A stretch of DNA of 32,000 bases from Planctopirus limnophila DSM 3776 (GCF_000092105.1 NC_014148.1:1410001-1442000); one strand, 5' to 3'. Numbered from the stretch's first letter, positions 1-8,687 are shown. The notes: generated by a model from the letters alone, not told the origin. Made by a program: numbers and translations.

Positions 1-1071
1 GTGAATCCCCAGCTTGCTGAGTTCAGTGACCACGGCCTGAATGCGATCCGTTTCTTTATGACGGACGTGAGCAATATTGCGAATCGTCGTGGGGCTTTGA
101 GCGAACGTGGCGACCACAGCCAATGTCTGAGCCGTGTCGCTGATGGCATTCATATCGATCTCAATCCCTTTGAGAGGATGGCCTTTGACGGTGATCTGCC
201 GCTCGCCCCAGTGAACTTCGCAACCCATCTGCTCGAGGGCTTTGACGAACATCACGTCGCCCTGTAACGCGTTGGCGTTGAGACCATCCACTGTCACCTC
301 GCCACCTGTGATCGCCGCCACGGCAAAGAAATAGCTGGCGGCTGAAGCATCCGGTTCAATGTCGTACCGAATCCCCTGGTACGTCGCTGGCTTGACGATG
401 TATGTGCCGGGCTGCGGGCATTCCACAGTCACCCCAAAAGCCGCCATCACACCGGAGGTCATTTCCACGTACGGCTCAGAAACCATTGTTCCGATTGTTT
501 CAATCTGCAGTGTTTGCTGATTGTAGGGGCTGGCCAACAGGAGCGCACTCAAAAACTGGCTCGACTTCTCGGCTCGAATCGCGACCTTCGAAGCGGATAA
601 CCCGGTCGATTCAATCACCACCGGCGGGCAGCCCGAATTAAGTTCGCACCGCGCCTGGCAGCCCATGGCCCCCAGGGCAGAAATCAGATCATCAATCGGT
701 CGCTCACGCATGCGGCCGTTACCATCCAGCCGGTAATTCCCCGGTTGACCATCTCCTGGCCCCAGTGCACACATCGCTGCCAGAAAACGAATGCTCGTTC
801 CACTGTTTTCGAGCCACAGGTCGGCCCGCGCATTGGGAATTTGCCCACCGCAACCCTGCACCACCACACGATGTTCGTCTGTGTACTCTTCGATTGAGAT
901 CCCCAGTCGACGGAGGCTGTCAATCATCACTTCTGTATCACGGCTGTGCAGCACACCGGTCAGCTCACTCGTTCCTGCAGCGAGTGCCGCCGTCACCAAA
1001 GCTCGGTTGGTTAAGCTTTTTGATCCCGGGGGACGCATCACGCCAGAAATCGCTCGTCCAACAGGTTGCAT
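1..1071 (-). CDS. aroA: 3-phosphoshikimate 1-carboxyvinyltransferase (EPSP synthase); the 3' end runs off the window start
   Basis: Absent from the supplied ORF track because it is open at the window edge. My own minus-strand translation from the ATG at 1071-1069 reads [58 protein letters not shown]...[14 protein letters not shown]...[14 protein letters not shown]...LSKLGIH. I checked every codon in this frame and found no stop down to base 1. PGSKSxxNRAL and SSQFLSALL are EPSP synthase signature regions. Confidence 0.85.
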   Translation of the reverse strand, partial: MQPVGRAISGVMRPPGSKSLTNRALVTAALAAGTSELTGVLHSRDTEVMIDSLRRLGISIEEYTDEHRVVVQGCGGQIPNARADLWLENSGTSIRFLAAMCALGPGDGQPGNYRLDGNGRMRERPIDDLISALGAMGCQARCELNSGCPPVVIESTGLSASKVAIRAEKSSQFLSALLLASPYNQQTLQIETIGTMVSEPYVEMTSGVMAAFGVTVECPQPGTYIVKPATYQGIRYDIEPDASAASYFFAVAAITGGEVTVDGLNANALQGDVMFVKALEQMGCEVHWGERQITVKGHPLKGIEIDMNAISDTAQTLAVVATFAQSPTTIRNIAHVRHKETDRIQAVVTELSKLGIH

Positions 1072-1530
1072 GGCGTAAGTAGAATTGGCAGACACTCCCG
1101 AACATCCTCAATGTTGCTTCGACGTGAAAACTCAGATGCAAAGGCAATTCTGGCGGAAAAGCGAAACCATGATCTTAATCAAGAGCCGCAGTCTTTACCA
1201 TCACACGCGGCAATTCCCGCCCATCGAAGAGCGGAAGTGGCGAGCGGAACCGTTTGAACAGCAGCACAAAATTCGATGCCATAATTGGCTGCCACGGTTT
1301 GTGAAGTCATTCACGTGTTGAGAACCAGATGCCTCGCTCATGACCAATCGTGTGCTTTCCACGAAAACGTACCGGCATTTGAGGTTATCGTGTGCAGTTT
1401 TATCCGGTTCATCACGTAATACCTTTCAAAGCCATCTCTAGCCTGTCACAGGCACTTCACTGGGGAAATCTCGTTCAGCTCACGTGATGGGGCCAGTTCA
1501 AATGGAAGCAAATCCTGAGGTTGATGAACC

Positions 1531-2472
1531 ATGGCAGAACTTAGTGGCAAGCGGATTGTGATTGCAGGAGGAAGCGGCTTTATCGGTCTGTCGCTGGCAG
1601 AGCACTTCGTAGAGGCTGGAGGTCAGGTCACAATACTTTCCCGTTCCCAGCTGAAGAAAAGTGGTCGCTGGGAAACGGTCACGTGGGACGGTCGGACTCC
1701 AGGAAACTGGATGGAGTCACTGGACGGTGCAGATGCCGTTGTGAATCTGGCGGGCCGAACCGTGAACTGTATCAAGACTCCGGATCATCAGGATGAAATT
1801 CTTCGATCCAGAGTCGAATCGACGCGGGTACTCGGTGAAGCCATGCGTCTCGTCAACTCTCCGCCTCCTGTCTGGGTGCAGATGAGTACGGCACACATCT
1901 ATGGCGATCCGCCCACTGCCGTTTGTAGCGAGGAGAGTATCGAAGGCATCGGCTTTGCACCCATGATCGGTCGCGCCTGGGAGTCTGAATTCGCGCGAAG
2001 TCAATTATCTGGTCAGCGGGGTGTGATCCTGCGAACAAGCTTTGTGATCGGTCGTGATCGCGGTGCCGGTCGTGGTGCACTGGGAACTCTAGGCTTGATC
2101 ACAAAGCTGGGCCTGGGAGGCCGGGTCGGCAAAGGGACACAAGGCCTGTCATGGATCCACGAGCATGATCTAAACAGGCTTTTCACCAGAGCCATCACAG
2201 AGCAATCCATGTCAGGTATCTATATCGCATCGGCTCCGAATCCAGTTTCTCAAGCCGAATTCATGCGAATACTGCGAAAAACGATGGGAATGCCTATTGG
2301 TTTACCGGCATTCGAGTGGATGGTTCGGATCGGTGCTCCACTCTTCTTTCGCACGGATCCAGAACTCGTACTCTATGGCCGATATGTTGTCTCCCAAAGA
2401 TTAGCAAACGAAGGCTTCACGTTTACGTTTCCATTACTTGAAGCCGCCTTGGAAGATCTCTGTCGAAAATAG
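1531..2472 (+). CDS. NAD(P)-dependent epimerase/dehydratase-family SDR (TIGR01777 / YfcH-like)
   Basis: 313-aa ORF with an ATG start. It has an N-terminal Rossmann motif ([10 protein letters not shown]), and its length and C-terminal extension are typical of the YfcH/SDR39U1 group. Confidence 0.8.
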   Translation: MAELSGKRIVIAGGSGFIGLSLAEHFVEAGGQVTILSRSQLKKSGRWETVTWDGRTPGNWMESLDGADAVVNLAGRTVNCIKTPDHQDEILRSRVESTRVLGEAMRLVNSPPPVWVQMSTAHIYGDPPTAVCSEESIEGIGFAPMIGRAWESEFARSQLSGQRGVILRTSFVIGRDRGAGRGALGTLGLITKLGLGGRVGKGTQGLSWIHEHDLNRLFTRAITEQSMSGIYIASAPNPVSQAEFMRILRKTMGMPIGLPAFEWMVRIGAPLFFRTDPELVLYGRYVVSQRLANEGFTFTFPLLEAALEDLCRK

Positions 2473-2515
2473 ATATCCTTTTGATTCAATAGTATCGTCT
2501 ATATCGATTCAGTAC

Positions 2516-4258
2516 CTACAGTCGACCACTCCGGAAGATCCCATAGATCAGCCAGAGAGCCAGCACGCTCGATGTAAAGTAAATGGGTACGCTGAACCAC
2601 AACGAGTCCATCCCCTGCCGGATAATCAGGGCCGAAGCGACGATTAAAGCCGAAACGACAAACCCGACCACCAGTCGATTACTCGCCCGCTCAAGTTCAA
2701 GAATCAGCTGCCCCAAACCCTGATGTTCCAGATGCACACGCAGGTCGTCCTGACTCAACTTGGCGACAGCCTTATTGATATGTGCCGGCAGCTCATGTGC
2801 GACATTCCAGAGCTTTGTCGCCTCTGCACGAAACTCCGCCCGCAATCGCTGCGGCGAGAAACGGGCCCTCACCACGTTTTCAATATAAGGTTGCAGCACA
2901 GGGGCCAGATTAAAATCGGGATCGAGCCGTCGGCCAATCCCTTCTAAAGTGACAATGGCACGAATCAGCAGCATCAGACTCCCCGGGCAACGGATCTGAT
3001 GTGTCGTCAGGAGCGACATGAAGTCGCCGAGCAACGTGCCGACATTCAGCTTATCGAGCGGCACACCGTAGTAATTCCCGAGAAAATCCCGCATATCGAC
3101 ATGCAGTAAAGCTTCATCCACTGCGGTCGAGCTTTCTCCAAATTTCAACACCGCACGCACCGCCAGCGGAACATCCTGCCGACTGATGGCCACAAACAAA
3201 TCGACCAGTTGCTCACGAATATCGGCATCCAGAATGCCAATCATCCCGAAGTCGAGCAGGACGATAGTGCCGCAAGGCTTGACTCGCACGTTCCCGGGAT
3301 GCGGGTCTCCATGGAACACGCCCAACTCAAACGCCTGTTTCATATAGAGCTTGGCGCCGCTGGCTGCCACCGCACACGGATCACAGCCCGCACTCAACAG
3401 CGCATCGCGATCATCGACTTTGATCCCGTCGATGTACTCCATTGTCAGGACAGCTTCTGTCGTCAGATCCATCCAGACTTTCGGCACATAGAGCGAAGGA
3501 TCATCGGCAAAGAGCCGACGGAACTCATCCATCGTCCGGCCTTCGCGTGCGAAGTTCACCTCGCGGCGAATGGAGCGCGCAAAATGCTTCACGAGTCCCG
3601 TCGGATCAAACACGCGCGTTTCCGGGACATGGGCTTCGGCCAGCACCGCCATCTGTTCAAGCAGCGAAAGGTCGCGCTCGATATCTCGCACGACGTTCGG
3701 CCGGCGAATCTTGACCACCAGTTGTGAGCCGTCAAACGCCACAGCCCGGTGCACCTGGGCCAGCGAACCGGCAGCCAGAGGCTCCATATCAAATTCGCGG
3801 TAAAGTTCGTGAACTGGCTTCCCTAACTCGCTTTCGACTTCGCGGATCGCTGCCTCGCTGCCAAAAGGAGGGACATGCTCCTGCAACTTCTTAAGTTCGG
3901 TGATCATCGCGGGCGGCACAATATCTGGCCGCGTACTCATCACCTGGCCGAACTTGATAAACGTCGGCCCCAGGCTTTCGAGCGAGAGACGCACTCGTTC
4001 AACAGTCGTGCATTTCTGCAGCGGTTTGTGCCTCCGCCAGAAGAAAACGCGGCGAATGCTCTGGTACCACACTTCGCGCAGCCCGATGCGATCGACGAGG
4101 TCGCCAAACCCATGATTCAGCAACACGGTCGCAATTTCTCGCGTGCGACTCAAATTCCGCAACAATCGAAACGGACTGCTTTCCAACGCCCACACCTCCT
4201 CAGCCGCATAAAGACCTCCCGGCAGTTTATCTGGCCAGCCAACCCACAGCCAGACCAT
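2516..4258 (-). CDS. ubiB: ABC1/UbiB-family atypical kinase with C-terminal TM helices
   Basis: Kinase-like motifs are present: AAGSLAQVHRA, VVKIRRPNV, HGDPHPGNV and LDFGMIG. The C-terminus is hydrophobic. The track ORF runs to 4366, but residues 1-36 (MGGGGRNMVRIADPTV...) are the reverse translation of dispersed repeat module P, so I place the start at the ATG at 4258 (MVWLWVGWPDK...). The start is uncertain. Confidence 0.85.
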   Translation of the reverse strand: MVWLWVGWPDKLPGGLYAAEEVWALESSPFRLLRNLSRTREIATVLLNHGFGDLVDRIGLREVWYQSIRRVFFWRRHKPLQKCTTVERVRLSLESLGPTFIKFGQVMSTRPDIVPPAMITELKKLQEHVPPFGSEAAIREVESELGKPVHELYREFDMEPLAAGSLAQVHRAVAFDGSQLVVKIRRPNVVRDIERDLSLLEQMAVLAEAHVPETRVFDPTGLVKHFARSIRREVNFAREGRTMDEFRRLFADDPSLYVPKVWMDLTTEAVLTMEYIDGIKVDDRDALLSAGCDPCAVAASGAKLYMKQAFELGVFHGDPHPGNVRVKPCGTIVLLDFGMIGILDADIREQLVDLFVAISRQDVPLAVRAVLKFGESSTAVDEALLHVDMRDFLGNYYGVPLDKLNVGTLLGDFMSLLTTHQIRCPGSLMLLIRAIVTLEGIGRRLDPDFNLAPVLQPYIENVVRARFSPQRLRAEFRAEATKLWNVAHELPAHINKAVAKLSQDDLRVHLEHQGLGQLILELERASNRLVVGFVVSALIVASALIIRQGMDSLWFSVPIYFTSSVLALWLIYGIFRSGRL

Positions 4259-4294
4259 CACCAATTTGCCACACCAAACTTCACCAGCGTTGGG

Positions 4295-4476
4295 CGCCAC
4301 TGCTGACTCGCCCACCAGCACCGTAGGGTCCGCTATGCGGACCATATTCCGTCCACCACCACCCACAGCGTCTTCAACAGCAAGGTGCCTGCCCCCGTGC
4401 CATGCTTGCGGCTCTGAGCAAGCATGTCTCTTCTACTTTGAACGATCAACTCCATCCACAAATCCGGCATGCTCAT
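4295..4476 (+). repeat. Mosaic repeat copy 1: degenerate Q, then P, then S
   Basis: P runs 4319-4392 (caccGTAGGGTCCGCtatGCGGACCat...ccaccaccacccac.gcgtcttcaa...aaggtgcctgcc). The S hairpin is CATGCTTGC (4401-4409) / GCAAGCATG (4418-4426), followed by tctcttctacttt and the tail ...ccatccacaaatcc.gcatgctca. The tail matches 15616-15690. Confidence 0.85.
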
Positions 4477-4616
4477 CCGTGCTGTGAACATGACGTGCAG
4501 CCAGAAACGAGGCGAAAAGACATAAAACAGAGAACTTCTTGAGTTATGTCCCGTTAAAAGTCATGATTCTTTGGGCAGGCTGAGAGGAAATCAAAACTTA
4601 TGAACAAGGGTCGCCC

Positions 4617-5111
4617 GTGAGTCCAGGTTTTCAGCGATTAATGTGTTGTGGTTTTGCCTTGATGGTGCTGGGTTGTGAACAGCTTTCTTTACCCAGCTTG
4701 AATGCCAAACCAGGTTCTGTACCTGTCGTTAATGAGACCGGGCAGGAACAGGCAAGTTCCCGTCCCGAGATTATCATCACTCCCGAAGCGTTCAATGAGA
4801 TCCGGCAGATCATGAAACGCATTCATGTCGCCGACGACGAATATTTGCGGATCGTCCTGAAATCAGGAGGCTGCACGGGCTATCTCTATGAACTTGGATT
4901 TGCAGAAGAGATCGAAGAAGGCCATCAGGTGATCCAATATCAAGGTCTGAACATCATCACTCCCAGGCATCTCGCAAAGGTCATCGATGGTACGACGATT
5001 TCATTTCTGGAGCTTGAAGATCGCAAAGGATTCCAAATGACCAATCCCAAGTTCGAGGGCGAAAACTCGGATTACTGGATTCAATGGCTCAAAGAGCATG
5101 ATCAGAAATAG
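4617..5111 (+). CDS. Exported (lipoprotein-type signal) HesB/IscA-like domain protein lacking the C-terminal Cys pair
   Basis: GTG start. The N-terminus MSPGFQRLMCCGFALMVLGCEQ has a lipobox-like VLGC. The core IIITPEAFNEIRQIMK...LRIVLKSGGCTGYLYELGF...GTTISFLE...GFQMTNP aligns by eye to the IscA/ErpA fold. Only the first ligand Cys (GGCTG) is kept and the terminal CGCG motif is absent. Confidence 0.7.
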   Translation: MSPGFQRLMCCGFALMVLGCEQLSLPSLNAKPGSVPVVNETGQEQASSRPEIIITPEAFNEIRQIMKRIHVADDEYLRIVLKSGGCTGYLYELGFAEEIEEGHQVIQYQGLNIITPRHLAKVIDGTTISFLELEDRKGFQMTNPKFEGENSDYWIQWLKEHDQK

Positions 5112-5148
5112 GAATTGTGAAAAAGTCGCCTCCCTTTATTGAACCTTT

Positions 5149-5320
5149 CACCGTAGGGTCCGCTGTGCGGACCATATTGCCCATAGCACTGCTAATGGAA
5201 ACATCTTCATAAGCAAGGTGCCTGCCAATGCCCCAATCCGCACGACAGGGTGGCACTGCTGGCTTGCCCAGCAGTGGTTTTAAGGGAACGTGGTTAAGGT
5301 GGTCCATTCGAGATCACCCT
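5149..5320 (+). repeat. Mosaic repeat copy 2: P, then an R/Q composite
   Basis: P starts at 5149, 38 nt after the stop of the previous gene. CAGGGTGGC lies at 5246-5254, followed by Q hairpin CACTGCTGG/CCAGCAGTG (5254-5276) and gtggttaagg (5290-5299). AGGGTG (5247-5252) can pair with CACCCT (5315-5320). Confidence 0.8.
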
Positions 5321-5425
5321 ATTGCTATAAAGGATTGATTGCAGTCTTGGTAAAAGCAATTGAGGATGTCATTCAAATGGTGATGTTAACTTGGCTGAAT
5401 GTGTGATCGTGGCAAAGTTATACGA

Positions 5426-5450
5426 GCACTGCTGGACAAGCCGGCAGTGC
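5426..5450 (+). repeat. Solo Q-type hairpin variant
   Basis: GCACTGCTGG-acaag-CCGGCAGTGC forms a 10-bp stem with one T.G pair. That pair is tolerated only if the + strand folds. Confidence 0.6.
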
Positions 5451-5573
5451 CACTCGGACGCTTTGTGGTATCGTGTGCTTGTTGCCGGTAATAAGATGCT
5501 GGTCTTTTGTTGTAAATAGGCAAAGTAATCTAATTACCTGAACCCATTTCTAAAAGATGTATAGCAATAACAA

Positions 5574-5663
5574 CACCGTAGGGTCCGCTGTGCGGACCAT
5601 CTCGCGATAACCACCACCCACGACATCTTCAAAAGTAGGGTGCATGCCAATGCACCAATTCGC
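5574..5663 (+). repeat. Mosaic repeat copy 3: P only
   Basis: caccGTAGGGTCCGCtgtGCGGACCatctcgcgataaccaccacccacgacatcttcaaaagtagggtgcatgccaatgcaccaatt, about 110 nt upstream of the S1-domain gene. Confidence 0.85.
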
Positions 5664-5770
5664 TCCGTGACACCTATAGTTCTCTACGAGCAATCCTCGC
5701 CACTTAGCGTATTTTACACAACAGCTTCTTGTGACAGTCGTCACCGTCACTTATTCTAGAGAAAAAAGCC

Positions 5771-6130
5771 TTGGGACAAAAAAGTCAACAACCGAACTCT
5801 TACGAGAGCATTTCAGCAACGTGGAAGAGTTACTCCCAGGAGGCATGGGAAGAACTCATGGCGAAGTTCCCTCCGGGTACACCCATGACTGGTCAGGTGA
5901 TTGATACGGCTGTCTTCGGTGTATTTGTCCGTTTGGATGAAATCCCAGACGTCAAAGCACTCCTGGAAATCATTCACTTCGGACCATTGTTTACCAAGCC
6001 ACCTGGCCAAAACAACTTTCCAGAAGACTATCCTCAAGTCGGTGACCAGCTGAAAGTCAGAGTTCTGGGCTGGTGCCTGAAGCCTGTGGACGTCCGATTG
6101 ACCAACCTCGACCATCTGGAATGGTATTGA
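5771..6130 (+). CDS. Small stand-alone S1 (OB-fold) RNA-binding domain protein
   Basis: The S1-like pattern is present: PGTPMTGQVIDTAVFGVFVRL ... VGDQLKVRVLGWCLKPVDVRLTNL. The track start at 5771 is TTG and the first ATG is at 5858. The upstream W..L..KF.PG context resembles S1 repeat linkers, so I keep the longer ORF. Confidence 0.6.
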   Translation: MGQKSQQPNSYESISATWKSYSQEAWEELMAKFPPGTPMTGQVIDTAVFGVFVRLDEIPDVKALLEIIHFGPLFTKPPGQNNFPEDYPQVGDQLKVRVLGWCLKPVDVRLTNLDHLEWY

Positions 6131-6146
6131 ACTAGGCTATCAATGG

Positions 6147-6233
6147 CACCGTAGGGTCCGCTGTGCGGACCATCTTCCGCCCACCACCACCCACGACATC
6201 TTCAAAAGCAGAGTGCCTGCCAATGCAACAATT
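6147..6233 (+). repeat. Mosaic repeat copy 4: P only
   Basis: It starts 16 nt after the stop of the S1-domain gene: caccGTAGGGTCCGCtgtGCGGACCatcttccgcccaccaccacccacgacatcttcaaaagcagagtgcctgccaatgcaacaatt. Confidence 0.85.
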
Positions 6234-6428
6234 ATTGGCACGATCACACAGATGCGGCCAACGATGACCACTTCTTCCGTGAGAGAACCGGCTTTGATCC
6301 GAGATTGTCCCTGAATCTGGGTGATCTCGTAATGCAAACCAAAACCCGACGATGCCAGATCGAACGTCATATCCGTGTGGAGATCGTCGGCTTGGGATGT
6401 GCCTGAGCCCATGATGGTCGCCATGGGA

Positions 6429-6506
6429 AGGGTGGTGCCCAAAAACCTCCTGTGGCAAAGCCACCCCGGTAGAAATCAGCATTTCAACCGGGGACACCCT
6501 GCGAAC
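6429..6506 (+). repeat. Compact R-type element: closing stem plus two internal hairpins
   Basis: AGGGTG (6429-6434) pairs with CACCCT (6495-6500). The internal hairpins are GTGGC-aaa-GCCAC (6452-6464) and CCCCGGT-16 nt-ACCGGGG (6464-6493). The 3' 12-mer caccctgcgaac (6495-6506) is identical to 16945-16956. Confidence 0.55.
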
Positions 6507-6671
6507 GATAGGCCCGAAATGTCTCCACGCCAAGACGAAAACCTGATTACGCCCGCCCCTCCCCGCCATCAAATCACCGACAGCACATGCCCCTCGCGCG
6601 TGCCTCCTACCGCTACGCGCTATCAACGAACTATCATACAACCGGCAGTGCCATTCGGGGCAGGACTCTTT

Positions 6672-6706
6672 GGTGGCAGGGTGGCTGCCGTTGAAATCCG
6701 ATTTCT
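6672..6706 (+). repeat. Solo 5' R module, also the right arm of an imperfect inverted repeat with 6471-6501
   Basis: ggtggcagggtggc (6672-6685) is identical to 16887-16900. Segment 6676-6706 matches the reverse complement of 6471-6501 at about 26 of 32 positions by manual alignment. Confidence 0.55.
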
Positions 6707-6870
6707 TTCGCAGTGTTGAAGCCGCAAGAGGTCTTATTCCCCGTCAACAACTGTTCTGATTCCGCCTGATTTTATGGTGTAGATGAGAGTGGCTTGCTGG
6801 TTGTTACGGTCATCTCCTCTGCGTGCGGCACACGGGTCGATCGAAGACGAGCAAGGTGTGTCAGCCTGTG

Positions 6871-7929
6871 TTAGCCCTCCATAAAAACGTCGAGTTTCTG
6901 GCCAGCGTAGATCCGGGTGGGGTTTTCAACGACTTCATAAACTACAAAGAGGACGCGGGTATCTACCCGTTCTGTTGTGCCGCCGGTCAGCGAACTTTTG
7001 GGAACGATCCGCGGATCGATGCGGACGAATTGAAGTTTGACGGCCGTTCTGTCCCTTCCGCGAACAAATGCTTCGGCTTTCGAATTGGCTTTGACCCTGA
7101 TGGCATCTTCTTCATCGATTTGCACGCGAACTCGAAGTGGTCCGTGCTGCCCAAGCTGGATCAGCGGTTTGTCGCGATTCCCTGCTTCGGCAAATTCTCC
7201 GGGCCGGACGTCTGCGTGAAGCACGAGACCATCAACAGGGGCACGAATCACCAAACGATCGAGATCGATCTGTATCATCGCCAGACTGGCGGCTGCAGCC
7301 TCCACTTCGCGCTGGGCGATTTCGAGATCGTGTTTCCATGTCCCCGCTTCGAGTTTTGCCAGATCGGCTTTTGCTTGAGACAGTTCTGCGGCGGACTGTT
7401 CGTACAGATAGCGACGAGCATTCTGCTCTTCTTCGCTCAAGGCCCGTTTGTCAATCAAGAGTTTAGCGCGATTCCATGCGTCTTCACTTCGTTTGAATAA
7501 TGCCGTCATGGCTTCGACCTTGGCGCGGCTTGATGGAAAATCTTCTGGCCGCGTGCCTGCTTCTAATTTGCCCAGTTTCGCCTGGGCGGTGGCCAGTGTC
7601 GCCTTGCGAAAATTGAGTTCGCCAGTGAGTGCGCGATCGTCGAGTGTGAACAAAGGATCTCCGGCTCGAACTGACTGGCCAGTGACCACGTGTACGCGGG
7701 TGACAATTCCAGAGAGCGGGGTGGCGATCGCGATGGGTTCTCCTGCCATCTGAACCTCTCCGAGACCCGAGATCGTGCTTTCGCTAATCGTCGATGAAGT
7801 GGGAGGATTGGGTGCTGGGGTGAGTTGCTCTTTGGGCGTGAGATGAGTCAACGTTGCAATTCCAAATCCCATGGCCAGGGCCGCCAAGAGGGGCGTACCA
7901 AATCTGATCAACATACTTTTACCCTTCAT
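6871..7929 (-). CDS. HlyD-family periplasmic adaptor (membrane fusion protein) of the ABC exporter
   Basis: It has an N-terminal TM segment (MKGKSMLIRFGTPLLAALAMGFGIATL), a lipoyl-like segment (GIVTRVHVVTGQSVRAGDPLFTLDD), a coiled-coil region and a beta-barrel C-terminus. The track start at 7962 is a TTG overlapping the upstream stop by 4 nt. I prefer the ATG at 7929, but either is possible. Confidence 0.8.
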   Translation of the reverse strand: MKGKSMLIRFGTPLLAALAMGFGIATLTHLTPKEQLTPAPNPPTSSTISESTISGLGEVQMAGEPIAIATPLSGIVTRVHVVTGQSVRAGDPLFTLDDRALTGELNFRKATLATAQAKLGKLEAGTRPEDFPSSRAKVEAMTALFKRSEDAWNRAKLLIDKRALSEEEQNARRYLYEQSAAELSQAKADLAKLEAGTWKHDLEIAQREVEAAAASLAMIQIDLDRLVIRAPVDGLVLHADVRPGEFAEAGNRDKPLIQLGQHGPLRVRVQIDEEDAIRVKANSKAEAFVRGRDRTAVKLQFVRIDPRIVPKSSLTGGTTERVDTRVLFVVYEVVENPTRIYAGQKLDVFMEG

Positions 7930-7958
7930 TAATGAATGGCAATCTCTATCAAATCGAT

Positions 7959-8687
7959 TCAATGTGCAGTGTCGTTCGTGCTGTCGGTAGAGCTGGGAGT
8001 CACAATACTTTCGACCTTGGCGACCAAACCATCTTCCATATGTACCACGCGATCAGCGAAGCTATAAACTCGTGGATCATGAGTGACAACAATAGCGGCT
8101 CGATCATCGGCGACCGCCAGCTCCTTGAGGAGATTCATTACGACTTTTCCCGATTGTCCATCAAGTGCTGCGGTCGGTTCGTCGCAGAGCAGCAGTCGGG
8201 GCTCATGGATCAGAGCTCTGGCGATGGCAACTCGCTGCTGCTGGCCGCCGGAGAGTTGACTGGGAAGTTTATCGATGTGGGCATTCATCCCCAGTTTGCC
8301 CAGTAAGATGCGCCCTTTTTCCAGTGCGACTGGCCAGCCTGTCCCACTGGCGACGAGCGGGACTGCGACATTTTCCGAGGCGGTTAAGCCTGCGAGCAAG
8401 TTGTATTGCTGAAAGATGAATCCGATGTTTTTCAGTCGATATGGGACGAGCATTGAAGCCGACATGGTCAACACTTCATTGCCGAAGACTTCCATTGTCC
8501 CCGAGGCTCCACGCAACAAGCCTGCGATCAACGAGATCAAGGTTGTCTTGCCGCATCCGCTCGGCCCGACGAGCATGGTCAGTTTGCCAATCGGGGCCTC
8601 GAAATCAACCCCTTTCAAGACGTTCACCGTTCCTGCAGCGGACTTAAAGGACATTTTCACGTTCTTGCAGTTCACACTCATGATCAA
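7959..8687 (-). CDS. ABC transporter ATP-binding protein (MacB/DevA/LolD type)
   Basis: Walker A GPSGCGKTT, signature LSGGQQQRVAIARAL, Walker B LLLCDEPTAALD and H-loop VTHD are all present. A 4-nt overlap with the upstream permease gene (8684-8687) suggests translational coupling. Confidence 0.9.
   Translation of the reverse strand: MIMSVNCKNVKMSFKSAAGTVNVLKGVDFEAPIGKLTMLVGPSGCGKTTLISLIAGLLRGASGTMEVFGNEVLTMSASMLVPYRLKNIGFIFQQYNLLAGLTASENVAVPLVASGTGWPVALEKGRILLGKLGMNAHIDKLPSQLSGGQQQRVAIARALIHEPRLLLCDEPTAALDGQSGKVVMNLLKELAVADDRAAIVVTHDPRVYSFADRVVHMEDGLVAKVESIVTPSSTDSTNDTAH

Noticed and set aside
402-1321. Plus-strand track ORFs 402-641, 765-1082, 791-1078, 1066-1257 and 1085-1321
   Set aside because: The first three lie antisense to aroA. 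The last two lie in the aroA/epimerase divergent intergenic region and have Arg/Ser/His-rich, low-plausibility sequences.
1488-1512. tRNA-like T-loop (ccagttcaaatgg)
   Set aside because: Only a 3-bp stem flanks the loop, and I could not build an acceptor, D or anticodon arm around it.
6140-6442. A 100-aa minus-strand ORF whose first ~60 residues look protein-like (MTFDLASSGFGLHYEITQIQGQSRIKAGSLTEEVVIVG)
   Set aside because: Its last ~32 residues come from repeat P and its start lies inside the compact R-type element. It could be a gene remnant truncated by repeat insertion, but I cannot support it as a functional CDS.
5089-6641. Track ORFs 5089-5307, 5550-5750 and 6132-6641 on the minus strand, all ending in ...MVRTADPTV...
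   Set aside because: They are reverse translations of repeat module P. The remainder of each is rich in Arg, Gly and His and is not conserved between copies.
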